Virus record (IMG/VR): IMGVR_UViG_3300050821_011652
DNA: 20,000 nucleotides
Source of the DNA: an uncultured virus (IMG/VR IMGVR_UViG_3300050821_011652)
Lineage: Duplodnaviria > Heunggongvirae > Uroviricota > Caudoviricetes
Strand: one strand, 5' to 3'
The notes below the pieces were generated by a model. It did not search any database. It was not told where the DNA came from and saw nothing but the letters and a program-made list of their open reading frames with translations. Positions 7,621-17,029 of this stretch are shown here, piece by piece. Position numbers and translations under genes: made by a program. Each line of letters opens with the position of its first letter. The first letter of the stretch is position 1.

Positions 7621-8930
7621 CTAATGTTCTTCATCTTTCCCAGGACACTATCCACAAATCCAAGATTCGGATCAGACACCACCGGTGCGTCTCCACCGGC
7701 CGCCCCGCCGCTACCAGCTCCAGGAGTGACCTTCTGATACTTAGACAACGCGGTCTCCAGTTCCTGCACCCGTGCGTGCGCCTGTCTCACAGTCTCGATT
7801 GCCTTCGGCAACAGCGTCGCGGAATAAAGCATCGCCCCAAATTGATCGGGATCCATCTTGGCTTCAGACATCCGGCGAACCACATCATGAGTTTGATCTA
7901 TCGAAGCGTTCCATTCTCGCCAATCGTCGCCCTCCCGCTTTTGAAGCAGCCAAAGACTCTTTTCATAATTGGCCCGCGCAGCCTTTACCCCAGCCTCCTT
8001 GGCCTGCTTAACCTGGGCCGCCGACATCTCTTGAGCCTTGGTCCGGTTCTGCTTAATCTGCTCAATCGACTTGTCGACATCCGAGCGCAACGCTGCTTTC
8101 CTCTGGTCGATTGCCTCAAGCGCTTCCGACATCTTAACAACCTTCGATTGGTCTAGCATGTTCATGCCATCCATCAATTCGGACAACGCATTTGCTTTCG
8201 TATCCGCATCGGCCTCAGACAGCGCCGCAAACAACTTCTTGGAATCCAGACCGTGTTTGGTGGCGAGAGACTCAACCCCCTTCTTCACCTGTTCCAAAGG
8301 CTCGAGGATCGCCTGCTTGTACTCAGGGCTCTGCTCCAAATTGGTAAGCTTGACGACCGTATTAAGATCTCTGTGCTCCTTCTGAACCTTTTCCCATTCC
8401 TCCTTAGGCACGGCTTGCTTAGTCGAGAACTCTGTGAGCTTAGCTTCAAGCTCCGCGATCTTAGCATCGCGCTCGGCATTCTGTGCCTTCAGCTCGTCGG
8501 CCTCTTTCGTCTTGGCCTTAAGCTCAGTGCGCATGCCACCCCAAGCCTTCGTAGCCGCTTCAGTGACTTTACCGGGAGGCTTCTCACTATACTTAGCATC
8601 GATCGGATCGACCGCAGCCGGCTCATCGACTTTCGCCGCCTCGGGGGCTGGCGCCGCCGGGATTTCGAGGGCCTTGAAAGGGTCGTCGATTACCGGGTCC
8701 GGGGCGGCCTCGGCCGGCACCGGTTCTGGAGTTGCCTCGACCGGGGCAGCGGCAGCTGGGGCCGGTTCGGGCGTCGGTCGGTTCAAAGACGAACCCGGCT
8801 GCCTAATCTCCGTACCAGGAATCGTTTCTTTGTGAGCCGCGGTCAGCTTCCCAATCTGGGCGTCTAACGCGTCGGCGAATGAACTATACTGTTCCGGAGC
8901 CTGGGGCTCCACTGTCGTTGGTTGGCTCAT
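7617..8930 (-). CDS. Probable capsid scaffolding protein
   Basis: Pro/Ala/Glu-rich disordered N-terminus, long coiled coil and short C-terminal amphipathic helix. Lies between portal and capsid. Confidence 0.7.
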   Translation of the reverse strand: MSQPTTVEPQAPEQYSSFADALDAQIGKLTAAHKETIPGTEIRQPGSSLNRPTPEPAPAAAAPVEATPEPVPAEAAPDPVIDDPFKALEIPAAPAPEAAKVDEPAAVDPIDAKYSEKPPGKVTEAATKAWGGMRTELKAKTKEADELKAQNAERDAKIAELEAKLTEFSTKQAVPKEEWEKVQKEHRDLNTVVKLTNLEQSPEYKQAILEPLEQVKKGVESLATKHGLDSKKLFAALSEADADTKANALSELMDGMNMLDQSKVVKMSEALEAIDQRKAALRSDVDKSIEQIKQNRTKAQEMSAAQVKQAKEAGVKAARANYEKSLWLLQKREGDDWREWNASIDQTHDVVRRMSEAKMDPDQFGAMLYSATLLPKAIETVRQAHARVQELETALSKYQKVTPGAGSGGAAGGDAPVVSDPNLGFVDSVLGKMKNIR

Positions 8931-9219
8931 CGTCTACTTTTTTCTTTTTCCAAGCTTTGACCGGAGACAACGGATCGGTTCCGTCCTTCTTTTTCGGCTG
9001 GTTCGCCAGCCCGGTCTCTAACATCTGCAGGGTCGCAAAAATGCCATCCCGTTTCGCGTTTTGAAGGGCCTGAGGAATGGCATCGCCAGCGGGCTCACGC
9101 ACTGCCATAACCGTCCGGAGCACTACCTCAAAGGCCTCCTCCACGATCGGGTTCTCGGCTATCAGCTTTCGCCACACCACATCTCTGCCGGTTTCATACC
9201 AGCGTCTTGAAGTCATCAT
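8884..9219 (-). CDS. Hypothetical phage protein between portal and scaffold
   Basis: 111-aa ORF with ATGA overlap to the portal stop; helical character. Confidence 0.7.
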   Translation of the reverse strand: MMTSRRWYETGRDVVWRKLIAENPIVEEAFEVVLRTVMAVREPAGDAIPQALQNAKRDGIFATLQMLETGLANQPKKKDGTDPLSPVKAWKKKKVDDEPTNDSGAPGSGTV

Positions 9220-11618
9220 TGTTGGTTGCCCTCATTTTCAGCTGCTTGATAATCCTGCTGCGAAGCGAGGCCGCCCTCATGCGCGGCACGTTTCGCAAAG
9301 CGGGCATCTTCCCAAGCTATCTTTTGTTTCGCTTTTGCCGACTCGATCTGCATCTGCTGTGCCGCCTCACGCTGCGCAATATCCATCTTCACTTGAGAAG
9401 CGCGGAGTAACGCGGCCGTCTTTGGATCCATACCGGCCGGGAGAGGAGGCTGTCCAGATTGATCAACTTGAGCGCCAGGGACGGGAGCCTTCCCGCCGGG
9501 AACCGGTGCCCCGCCCTCGCCAGGCGCCATCGCGGACATCTGCTCTCCTTGCTTAGCCGCAGCCTGCTGCTCTTCAGCGATGTTGTGGTCAAGCTCGGTC
9601 AAGAAGCCTTCGATCAAATTCAACGTCTTTCCGAACTGGCGAAGCTCAAACCGCCGAGTCGGATCGACCGACATCGCTTGCAAATGCTGTGCGCAGTGCG
9701 GCAAAAATAAATGGAGTTGCTGAGACCCATTAGGACCTGGTACGACTCCTGCCTTGATAGCGTTTATGATCTGCGAAATCTCATTCGTATGGACTGCCAA
9801 GTGAACAATATGCACCTCAGTCTTACCAACTTGGATCTGTTGACCAAGCACCATCTGACCGTTCTCAAGCTCGGCAATCTTCTGATCCATGATCGGACGC
9901 ACGCCTTGATTAAGCGGCGGCGCGTAACGGTCAGCTTGTGCGTAACCAACGTGGGCAGCAATCCGATCGCGAATCACGTTGCGCCGGCCGACTTCATCTA
10001 GCTGAGGAGCAATCTGCGCAATCTCATCAAGTGCCAGCATACGGGCTGACGAGGAACCAAAACCGATGGCGCGAACCGCATGGACATGTTTAACTTTACG
10101 AAACGCCTCTTCCGGAACGTGGCGCTGCATGCACCTGCGCCGGAATTCAAACGCCTCTTTACCCCCGGGAAAATTTTGCTGCAGCCCTTTCTGAACCATA
10201 CGGCGATAAACCTCGTTCAGAGTTTTTTCCCACGGGCCGTAGAATAGGTTCATCGCGCCTGTTGAAATCGTCGCCTGCTGTTGCAACCGCGCCTGCACCT
10301 CAAACTTTGTCTTCTCCGTCCCTTGGGGTCCAAGGTCAGCGCCGCGCGGCTGATAAGAACCGATCTGTGAGTGCAGCATCTGCTCCAAATGCTCGATGGT
10401 AGGAATGCCTTGCTTACCCAAATCCGGACGAGTGACTTCCTGAATCTTCGCGCCTGTAGGGATCACCGAGAAGGGCCCAAAATACGCGAACGCTATCTCA
10501 TCCATCGTGCTCGCATCGTCCACCTGAACGATCTGGCTCATCGCAAAAAACGTCGAATCGATCAAGCCACAACGCAGCATGTTGTTGATCTGAACCTGGG
10601 GGAAAACCTTATAACCTAACCCACGGATTGAGTGGAGAAACCCATCTCCAATCCCGTAAGTAAATAACTGGATGCACTGGTCAATGTTCTCAAACCGGCG
10701 TTCCTTCTTGTAGAGAAAATCCTTCAGCTCGCCGTTTTCAGTCGTGATGTAGTGGGAAACGCTCCCATCAAATTCCACCACGTAGGCATGAACCACATGA
10801 ATTTCCTTAGTCCTCACTCGACCGAAATAGATGTCATTATTCTTGATCTCTACTTCGATCTGCTCCCATTCCATGGTCTGAATGCTTGAGATGTTCGACG
10901 TCGTCGCCCGACGAATCGCTTCCTGGGTCATCTCGATATTCCAGCCCGCCTTCTCCGCTGTCTCCCGATCCTCAATGTATTTGTAGAGCTGCGGAGTAGT
11001 GTAGCGACGACGAACGAATAGATAGTCTATATCGTCTGTAGTAGCCGGGGTGTGCCGGGGCAGAAACACATCCATGAGTCCCGCGACCTTCCACCGCCAG
11101 TCCCATTCATTTTCCCAAAAATTAAACCCGACCCCGTGGTCGATAAAGTTACGTGCCAAGTCCTGCACGTTAAATTCGAACCGGCTCCATCCCCGGAGGA
11201 TGTTATCAAACTCCTCCGCCATTACTTCCTCCCATTCCAGCCTCTGCTGGTTGTCCCCATACTCGATCTCAAAGGTCGCAATCTTATCGACTGAAGATGT
11301 AAGATCATTGTAGGCGGTATGTGCCGCCTCACATAGAGCGGCCCCTTCACCAAAGTTCAGGTTCGCTCTCTGTCCCTGTCCCAATGCATCAAGCTCGGCC
11401 TGATCAAAGGGCGGAGCGTTATCGATCATGCTCGAGACACTGGCCCGATCACGGGAGGACTCGCGGTCGGCGATCAGAGCATTGATATAGATCTCATGAA
11501 GCGCAGTGGCAGTAGTAACACGCGTACGAGGGGCCTTACCCTCGCGGTCGAGGTTTAACAGATAGTCCTCATTGCTTTGGGCGGCAGGAGGAGGTGTTAC
11601 TGACTGTGAGAATTCCAT
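9216..11618 (-). CDS. Probable portal (head-tail connector) protein, podovirus-like with long Gln/Ala-rich C-terminal helix
   Basis: 800 aa. Position between terminase and scaffold/capsid. N.G....L, FIDHGVGF and KTKFEV...Q features plus a Q/A-rich C-terminal barrel, as in P22-like portals. Confidence 0.75.
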   Translation of the reverse strand: MEFSQSVTPPPAAQSNEDYLLNLDREGKAPRTRVTTATALHEIYINALIADRESSRDRASVSSMIDNAPPFDQAELDALGQGQRANLNFGEGAALCEAAHTAYNDLTSSVDKIATFEIEYGDNQQRLEWEEVMAEEFDNILRGWSRFEFNVQDLARNFIDHGVGFNFWENEWDWRWKVAGLMDVFLPRHTPATTDDIDYLFVRRRYTTPQLYKYIEDRETAEKAGWNIEMTQEAIRRATTSNISSIQTMEWEQIEVEIKNNDIYFGRVRTKEIHVVHAYVVEFDGSVSHYITTENGELKDFLYKKERRFENIDQCIQLFTYGIGDGFLHSIRGLGYKVFPQVQINNMLRCGLIDSTFFAMSQIVQVDDASTMDEIAFAYFGPFSVIPTGAKIQEVTRPDLGKQGIPTIEHLEQMLHSQIGSYQPRGADLGPQGTEKTKFEVQARLQQQATISTGAMNLFYGPWEKTLNEVYRRMVQKGLQQNFPGGKEAFEFRRRCMQRHVPEEAFRKVKHVHAVRAIGFGSSSARMLALDEIAQIAPQLDEVGRRNVIRDRIAAHVGYAQADRYAPPLNQGVRPIMDQKIAELENGQMVLGQQIQVGKTEVHIVHLAVHTNEISQIINAIKAGVVPGPNGSQQLHLFLPHCAQHLQAMSVDPTRRFELRQFGKTLNLIEGFLTELDHNIAEEQQAAAKQGEQMSAMAPGEGGAPVPGGKAPVPGAQVDQSGQPPLPAGMDPKTAALLRASQVKMDIAQREAAQQMQIESAKAKQKIAWEDARFAKRAAHEGGLASQQDYQAAENEGNQQ

Positions 11619-11619
11619 T
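11598..11619 (-). promoter_or_regulatory. Degenerate palindrome copy overlapping portal start
   Basis: Sense AATGGAA-ttctcaca-GTCAGTA. Confidence 0.4.
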
Positions 11620-11643
11620 AGTTAATTTATTTTTATCAATGGG

Positions 11644-12729
11644 TTATTGCGGGAAGTCCGAAGGTTGCGGGTAAGTTACCTCGGGCGCTGGTCCGTAGCC
11701 AACAGAAATCCCCTGGCTAACCATTTTCTCCGTCCATAGCCAGTACAAATTTTGTTCGTATTCTAAACTTAGCAGGCTACCAGGCAGGGCGAGATTGCCC
11801 ACGGATGGAACTGCTCCACCGCCGCTGGACTCTAAATAATCCGTCATGGCTGAAGATTGAGTGTTCCACCAGCATACGGTGTTTCCGACGTAGTATCCGC
11901 TATCAGCAGCCCAAGATATTCCAAAGCTGAAATAAGGCTTGTAACCAATACCAACCACGATGTTATCGACGCATTTCGAGACGTTGCCTTGTCCTGGGTA
12001 CTCCATTGAGATTCCGTTTCCCTGTCCATTGAGTATCACGTTGCCAATAACTTCCGTGTATTTAGAATAGTGGCCAGGGTAGCCATCACCTCCTGTAATT
12101 CCTGCACTGAACTGGGTTTGGGGAGCATCGGGGCAACCTTCAACGAAATTGTCTCTCATTGTCAGGTAGCTGTATGGAGTGCCAGACGAATTATACGTAC
12201 TAAATTGGTCGGTGCGGAGGGTATAGGCATCTCCGGTAGCCCGATTGAAAGCCACAAATATATTTGGGTCATTGCAGATACCGTTGAGTTGTTCTGCAAT
12301 GTAGCAGTCGTGGAAATCACTCGCCTCTATGTCTATGATCGCCTGAGTTGAGCTTCCATCTCCCTCTACAATAATTCCCGAACTGCCTCCTCCTTCAAAA
12401 TGGCAATTCCTAACTATTAGTTTCGACGGTTTCCAGGGATTAAGGAGGACTCCACCCACAACCTGTGAACCCAAATAATCAAACTCGAAAGTGAGATTGG
12501 CTCCTGGGACACATTGGAATAACTTCTGCCCGTAGGTAACAAATGCGCAATACCGGAATGTCACTGGCTCGGTTGTATTTACGATTATCCCAGGCGATTC
12601 GCTGAACGTTTGGTCGAAAGTGTAGGTTCCACCCCTGTTGATTACTATGGGGTTGGCGTTCGCGTTGTTTGAGCAGCATAGCCATCCTATAATTAACAGG
12701 ATGATTATCGTAGAGAGTTTCATATTCAT
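11644..12729 (-). CDS. Secreted right-handed parallel beta-helix (pectin-lyase-like) protein
   Basis: N-terminal MKLSTIIILLIIGWLCCSNNANA signal peptide. Repeated beta-helix rungs (IVRNCHFEG, MRDNFVEG, VIGNVILNG, CVDNIVVG, YVGNTV). Confidence 0.7.
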   Translation of the reverse strand: MNMKLSTIIILLIIGWLCCSNNANANPIVINRGGTYTFDQTFSESPGIIVNTTEPVTFRYCAFVTYGQKLFQCVPGANLTFEFDYLGSQVVGGVLLNPWKPSKLIVRNCHFEGGGSSGIIVEGDGSSTQAIIDIEASDFHDCYIAEQLNGICNDPNIFVAFNRATGDAYTLRTDQFSTYNSSGTPYSYLTMRDNFVEGCPDAPQTQFSAGITGGDGYPGHYSKYTEVIGNVILNGQGNGISMEYPGQGNVSKCVDNIVVGIGYKPYFSFGISWAADSGYYVGNTVCWWNTQSSAMTDYLESSGGGAVPSVGNLALPGSLLSLEYEQNLYWLWTEKMVSQGISVGYGPAPEVTYPQPSDFPQ

Positions 12730-12738
12730 GCTAGCGGA

Positions 12739-13551
12739 CTATCTTGTGGCAGTGCCCGGCGGCGCCGGCCGGAACGGAGGTGTCTTCCTACCATTCCAAT
12801 TAGACCCGAAACCTGATTCATCCGATTCCAAGTGATATCCGATAATCTCAGGAATCATCGCCCGATAACTCCGCGGCCACTTCTCCCCGAAAAGTAAATC
12901 CTCCCTGCCGGCATTAGTGTGACCTTCCGGATATTTGGAAACTCCCGAACCTTTCGGGTGCCAAAGTTGAAAGAAGCCGATAGGAACCCACCCATTACCC
13001 ACATCCTGCATCACCCGAGTCCCAATACGGAAAGCGCCAGTATGAATGTAGGTATTATTCTCGTGCTGTAGCGGCGGCTCCGCTCGGAAATCATCAAACT
13101 CCTGATAGCCCTCGATCATGAACCGATCGATCCCGTAAATCATCGTCGGATCCAAATCAGCCTTCTCTAACAGCCCCCGAGTCTGTGGGGGAAGCATAAT
13201 GTCGGCGTCCATGTGAACCGTCCACCCATCCATTTCAAGGTGAGACATCCCCTCATTAATCCCGGCACCCTTACAAAATTCTCCCCACCGACTGCGAAGT
13301 TTGTCAGTTTTAACACACTGGACGTGGTTAACCTCACAAATCTTCTGGGTCGCCTTATCCTCCGCGCTAGTAACCACTACCATTCGGTTAAAGTGGAATT
13401 TGTTAACCGGAAGAGTGTGGGTAAGAAAATCATGGTACTTGTCGCATACGACCACGCATTCGATCTTGAAAGGGCCGGGAGCTTTACGGTTCGGGCAGGG
13501 TTTCACAGTGGGATCACAACAGGGTTTAGATTCGCAATAATTCACTTCCAA
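12739..13551 (-). CDS. GT-A fold glycosyltransferase-like protein
   Basis: VVVCDKYHDFL...VVVT; FCKGAGINEG; WTVHMDADI (DxD); GFFQLW; GREDLLF. Confidence 0.8.
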   Translation of the reverse strand: MEVNYCESKPCCDPTVKPCPNRKAPGPFKIECVVVCDKYHDFLTHTLPVNKFHFNRMVVVTSAEDKATQKICEVNHVQCVKTDKLRSRWGEFCKGAGINEGMSHLEMDGWTVHMDADIMLPPQTRGLLEKADLDPTMIYGIDRFMIEGYQEFDDFRAEPPLQHENNTYIHTGAFRIGTRVMQDVGNGWVPIGFFQLWHPKGSGVSKYPEGHTNAGREDLLFGEKWPRSYRAMIPEIIGYHLESDESGFGSNWNGRKTPPFRPAPPGTATR

Positions 13552-14426
13552 CCTCCCTTCGATCCGGGAAACGGAGCGGGGGCTAGGGGGTCAACGACCG
13601 GAGCGGTCGGCGCAGACTGAGAGACAACGTTTTTCTTTTTCTTATCGATCTTGACTGCCTTTATTCCTTTAGCAGCAAGCCGACCTCGAACGATGTTCAA
13701 AAGCGAATCGTCCTTCACCCCGTGGATCACCGCAGCACTCCAATCAACTGGATGAACCACCAATTCGGCAGGCCTGCGACCGACGCCGATGCCGACCACT
13801 GTGCCATCCTTCTGGGTCTTATACTCAGCGGTCTGCCACTGGTGATCGATCAAGCGCGTGCTGTGCGCGAGGGGCATCAAATACCATTGAAGGAAAACAT
13901 CGAAGGCCAGAGTTGCGACAGTGATGTTATCAAAAATAGGAATCCGACGCGGAAGATCGCGGGAGTAAACCGCGCATCCAACAACGTGATTGCCGTCTTG
14001 GACTAGCTTTCCATCAACACGGCCTCTATAGGACGGATGAACAAAACCCATCACGGGGCGCATGCCACGTCTGTAGTCGGCTTCAAGCTCGTCTAGCCAC
14101 CCAGGACGGGTCGGAACAGAATCACCAGCCTCGAAAAAATACCAGCCCTCACACGGTATGTGTGAATGGATGTGTTTGGCGACGAAATGAAAATAAGAGT
14201 TTGGGCCTTCTGGCCATCCAGTCCTCAACTTCGGAGTCGTCACTGTATGGACCCGAGAAAACAAAGGGCCAATGAGATCTTCAATTTCGTTCCTGACAGG
14301 AACTAATTCCTCGGTCGTTGCCAAGAGAAGATCATGGGTTCCCTCGTTGGGAACGAATTTTAAAAACCTAGCAAGCCGCAGCGCGGCTTCATGGTCAGCA
14401 TGCGAAAAAGCAAAATTTATTAACAT
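13542..14426 (-). CDS. Putative GT-A-like glycosyltransferase (divergent)
   Basis: GWPEGPN...F; WYFFEAGDSVPTRPGWLDELEADY (ExxD in place of DxD); VGCAVY; AFDV; IHGVKD. Likely start ATG 14426 (track start GTG 14456). Confidence 0.6.
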   Translation of the reverse strand: MLINFAFSHADHEAALRLARFLKFVPNEGTHDLLLATTEELVPVRNEIEDLIGPLFSRVHTVTTPKLRTGWPEGPNSYFHFVAKHIHSHIPCEGWYFFEAGDSVPTRPGWLDELEADYRRGMRPVMGFVHPSYRGRVDGKLVQDGNHVVGCAVYSRDLPRRIPIFDNITVATLAFDVFLQWYLMPLAHSTRLIDHQWQTAEYKTQKDGTVVGIGVGRRPAELVVHPVDWSAAVIHGVKDDSLLNIVRGRLAAKGIKAVKIDKKKKNVVSQSAPTAPVVDPLAPAPFPGSKGGWK

Positions 14427-14466
14427 TCGGATTTTACCGCCCGAAGAGGCGTTCACAAGCCTACCG

Positions 14467-15231
14467 CTAAAAGTATGGAATCGTCAAGTTCCATACTTTT
14501 GCAACTTCCATCGCTTCCGGGGACTGACTCCAGCTATGATACTGCTTCCATTTACTGGGCTGCACTTCCTTCAATTCTCTCACACGGTAAAATCCAGGCT
14601 CAAAGTGATCCGCATAGTACCCCAACAGGTCATAGTCTATTAGCGTAATTGGATGCGTCCCAAATCTCTCAGGCCTAAACTCAACACCGCTGTAGACCAA
14701 ATCCCAATAGGCCTGCCCATGCAGCCGCGTTAGCCACTGCCGCATGCCGGCGAACGTGCTCCGGTGATACATGATCGGCGTTGAGGCCATGTAGTGTTTC
14801 TGGGTGCCCTGGCGCGCCAAACGTTCCGTCACCCGTTGCCAAGGGCTGACCGAGTACATTTCGTTGTGCTCCTTATAAGACATGTAGGGGATAATCGGTT
14901 GGTACGCCCCCAGGTCATTCAAATCCGAGGGCCCGGTCAAGATGCAGTCCGAGTCCGTCAAAACAATCAATTCCCCTCTGGAAAACTCATCGGCCATCGT
15001 CTTGACGTACATGGCGTGGCAATAACCGTCTGGCCAAGGCTTCACGTAGAAGACCGAAAGATCGAGATTGAAATCGCTGCCAGAAATACGTCCTCGGCAA
15101 TCTTCGTCCAATACTAAAACGACCTCAGTCTCAGGCGTCTCCCAGTTGCACTCAATCGAGCGCAAAGCATAGGAGAGCCATTTGAGATCACGCGCCCAAC
15201 TCTTAATGAATATCGTAACCTTGGTGCTCAT
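14467..15231 (-). CDS. GT-A fold glycosyltransferase-like protein (DUF6492-like)
   Basis: IFIKSWARDLKWLSYALRSI; GYCHAMYVK; IVLTDSDCIL (DxD); DYDLLGYY; QYHSW. Likely start ATG 15231. Confidence 0.75.
   Translation of the reverse strand: MSTKVTIFIKSWARDLKWLSYALRSIECNWETPETEVVLVLDEDCRGRISGSDFNLDLSVFYVKPWPDGYCHAMYVKTMADEFSRGELIVLTDSDCILTGPSDLNDLGAYQPIIPYMSYKEHNEMYSVSPWQRVTERLARQGTQKHYMASTPIMYHRSTFAGMRQWLTRLHGQAYWDLVYSGVEFRPERFGTHPITLIDYDLLGYYADHFEPGFYRVRELKEVQPSKWKQYHSWSQSPEAMEVAKVWNLTIPYF
14469..14500 (-). promoter_or_regulatory. Dispersed palindrome copy (perfect 12-8-12)
   Basis: Sense AAAAGTATGGAA-cttgacga-TTCCATACTTTT at the GT1/GT2 junction. Confidence 0.8.
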
Positions 15232-15252
15232 AGAGAACCACAACATTCCATA
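15231..15252 (-). promoter_or_regulatory. Dispersed palindrome copy filling the terL-GT1 gap
   Basis: Sense TATGGAA-tgttgtgg-TTCTCTA; the last A is the A of the GT1 ATG. Confidence 0.65.
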
Positions 15253-15253
15253 C

Positions 15254-17029
15254 TCAACGCTTCCTCGCCAACACTCCACGAATCGAAAGCCTCGGCACCT
15301 TAGGCGACCTGGCCGTTAAGATCTGCGTCCAGTTTCGTTTCTCCCTCGGACGGTCATTAGCAGGATACCGCATGCCGGCCTCGCCGCCGGGGATGGCGCC
15401 CAACCGAGTGCGGCACAGATCAACCACAATCATCGCGGCATCGGCAAGGTCAGGGCTCTTACTGATCCGCAGTTTCATGTCGACTTTACTCTCGACCAAC
15501 ATTTTCAAATTATCACCGGCCTTGCGCGTCTCGTATGATCGCGAGGTCAACTCCTTGGCCAGCTCCGAGTCCACCCCTTTGAGTTGGAAATTTCGGAGAA
15601 ACTCATGGCCCGCGAACCAGAGCTCCGATACCCGGTTACAGTATTTATCCGTCCCGACCTCATCCGAGAAAGCGCTTACCCTCATATCGCTGGGGGCTCC
15701 ACCGAACGCGACCGGCAGCACCTTCGAGTCCCACTCCTTGGCCACAATGTCCGCGAACGGGATGTTGGTCGAATCAAAGGCGGCGTGATAGGGGAGGATA
15801 TCCTCCTTCTCACAAAGCTCCTTCCACTTCTGCACAATCTGATAGTTCCGAGGAACGTCCTTCTTGGTCACGTCTTCCTCAAGGATCACCCTCTTATAGA
15901 ACCAGATCACCATCCGGCCATCGACATCCCGGCCGTAAAACGCCAAATAGACGGCTGATCGGTCGCCGCCATTCGTGAATCCGGGATCCAGGGCCGACAC
16001 TTTGATCGGCGCCTCCGTCCCCCAAATCGGCTTATCCCCCGATTTGAACCGGATCATGTCTGCCTCGGAATAAATATTTTGTTCCGACCCGGTCGGGCAC
16101 CAAAACCCCCGGAACATTCTCCAAAATCCAACGCTATTCGGATCCGAGTTATCCAAAGCGTCCTGAATCTTCTTGACCGAAATTATCGGGTATATATCCT
16201 CCTGGGCTAACCAATTGGGCGAATGCAGGGCATCGAAATGCACCACCACCCCCCGTTTAGTTCTCCATTTCTTATCGTCTACCGTGATGGATCCCCATCC
16301 CTCGGCCGGCTCACAGAACAGGCCGAACGGGTCATAGTAGCTCTTCGGGTTACCGGAAGCCACCATCTGAAAGTATGGATTGAGGCTCATGTTGTCATAA
16401 GCCGCATGCAGGATTGCTTCAGTAAGCTCGGGCAACTCATCGGCAATAAGGAAAACGCGCTTCTGCTTCATCCCGATCATTTTGCCGATCTTCTCCTTTT
16501 CGAACTTCTTCTCCCCCGCGATCAAATGGATTCCCACACGATCGGAAAAGGGATTGTTTCCGCGCCCATCGTCGTACCTAATCTGCCCGGCCGACTCAAC
16601 AATCACTCCGGGAAGTCCAGGCGCCGCGCGCCAATACTCGAGAATACTTCCCCATATTCGAAGCCGGGCATCCTTCAACGTGGTGCTCGTAACAAATGTC
16701 AAAGTCCAAGCCGGAGCGCAGGAGTAATTTACGATAGCCCACATAGCCGACAAATCGGTCTTGCCACTCGAACCACAGCCGGCCAGGCCTACATATTCCT
16801 CCCGACACAATTCCTCCAACCCCTCGATGGCCCAAGGATGCCAAACAAAATGTTTCGGGCTGCCAGGACCCCAAAGGACCTGCACAATGCGCTTGAAATG
16901 CTCCGCCTTGCCCATCCCCCCGGACTCCTTCGTATACCCCTCACGAAAAGCGATAAACTCAATGGTCAGTGCGTCAAGCCCCGCCGGAAAAGTGCGGCCG
17001 TATTTGACGACCGGGTCACCAGAACTCAT
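15254..17029 (-). CDS. terL: Terminase large subunit
   Basis: Walker A GCGSSGKT, Walker B FLIADE, motif III SGNP, nuclease-domain ALDPG...GDRSA and C-terminal SPDLADAA. Confidence 0.93.
   Translation of the reverse strand: MSSGDPVVKYGRTFPAGLDALTIEFIAFREGYTKESGGMGKAEHFKRIVQVLWGPGSPKHFVWHPWAIEGLEELCREEYVGLAGCGSSGKTDLSAMWAIVNYSCAPAWTLTFVTSTTLKDARLRIWGSILEYWRAAPGLPGVIVESAGQIRYDDGRGNNPFSDRVGIHLIAGEKKFEKEKIGKMIGMKQKRVFLIADELPELTEAILHAAYDNMSLNPYFQMVASGNPKSYYDPFGLFCEPAEGWGSITVDDKKWRTKRGVVVHFDALHSPNWLAQEDIYPIISVKKIQDALDNSDPNSVGFWRMFRGFWCPTGSEQNIYSEADMIRFKSGDKPIWGTEAPIKVSALDPGFTNGGDRSAVYLAFYGRDVDGRMVIWFYKRVILEEDVTKKDVPRNYQIVQKWKELCEKEDILPYHAAFDSTNIPFADIVAKEWDSKVLPVAFGGAPSDMRVSAFSDEVGTDKYCNRVSELWFAGHEFLRNFQLKGVDSELAKELTSRSYETRKAGDNLKMLVESKVDMKLRISKSPDLADAAMIVVDLCRTRLGAIPGGEAGMRYPANDRPREKRNWTQILTARSPKVPRLSIRGVLARKR

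Noticed and set aside
5768..8867. Several 100-206-aa + strand ORFs over capsid and scaffold genes
   Set aside because: Antisense shadows with unnatural composition, fully overlapping well-supported genes.
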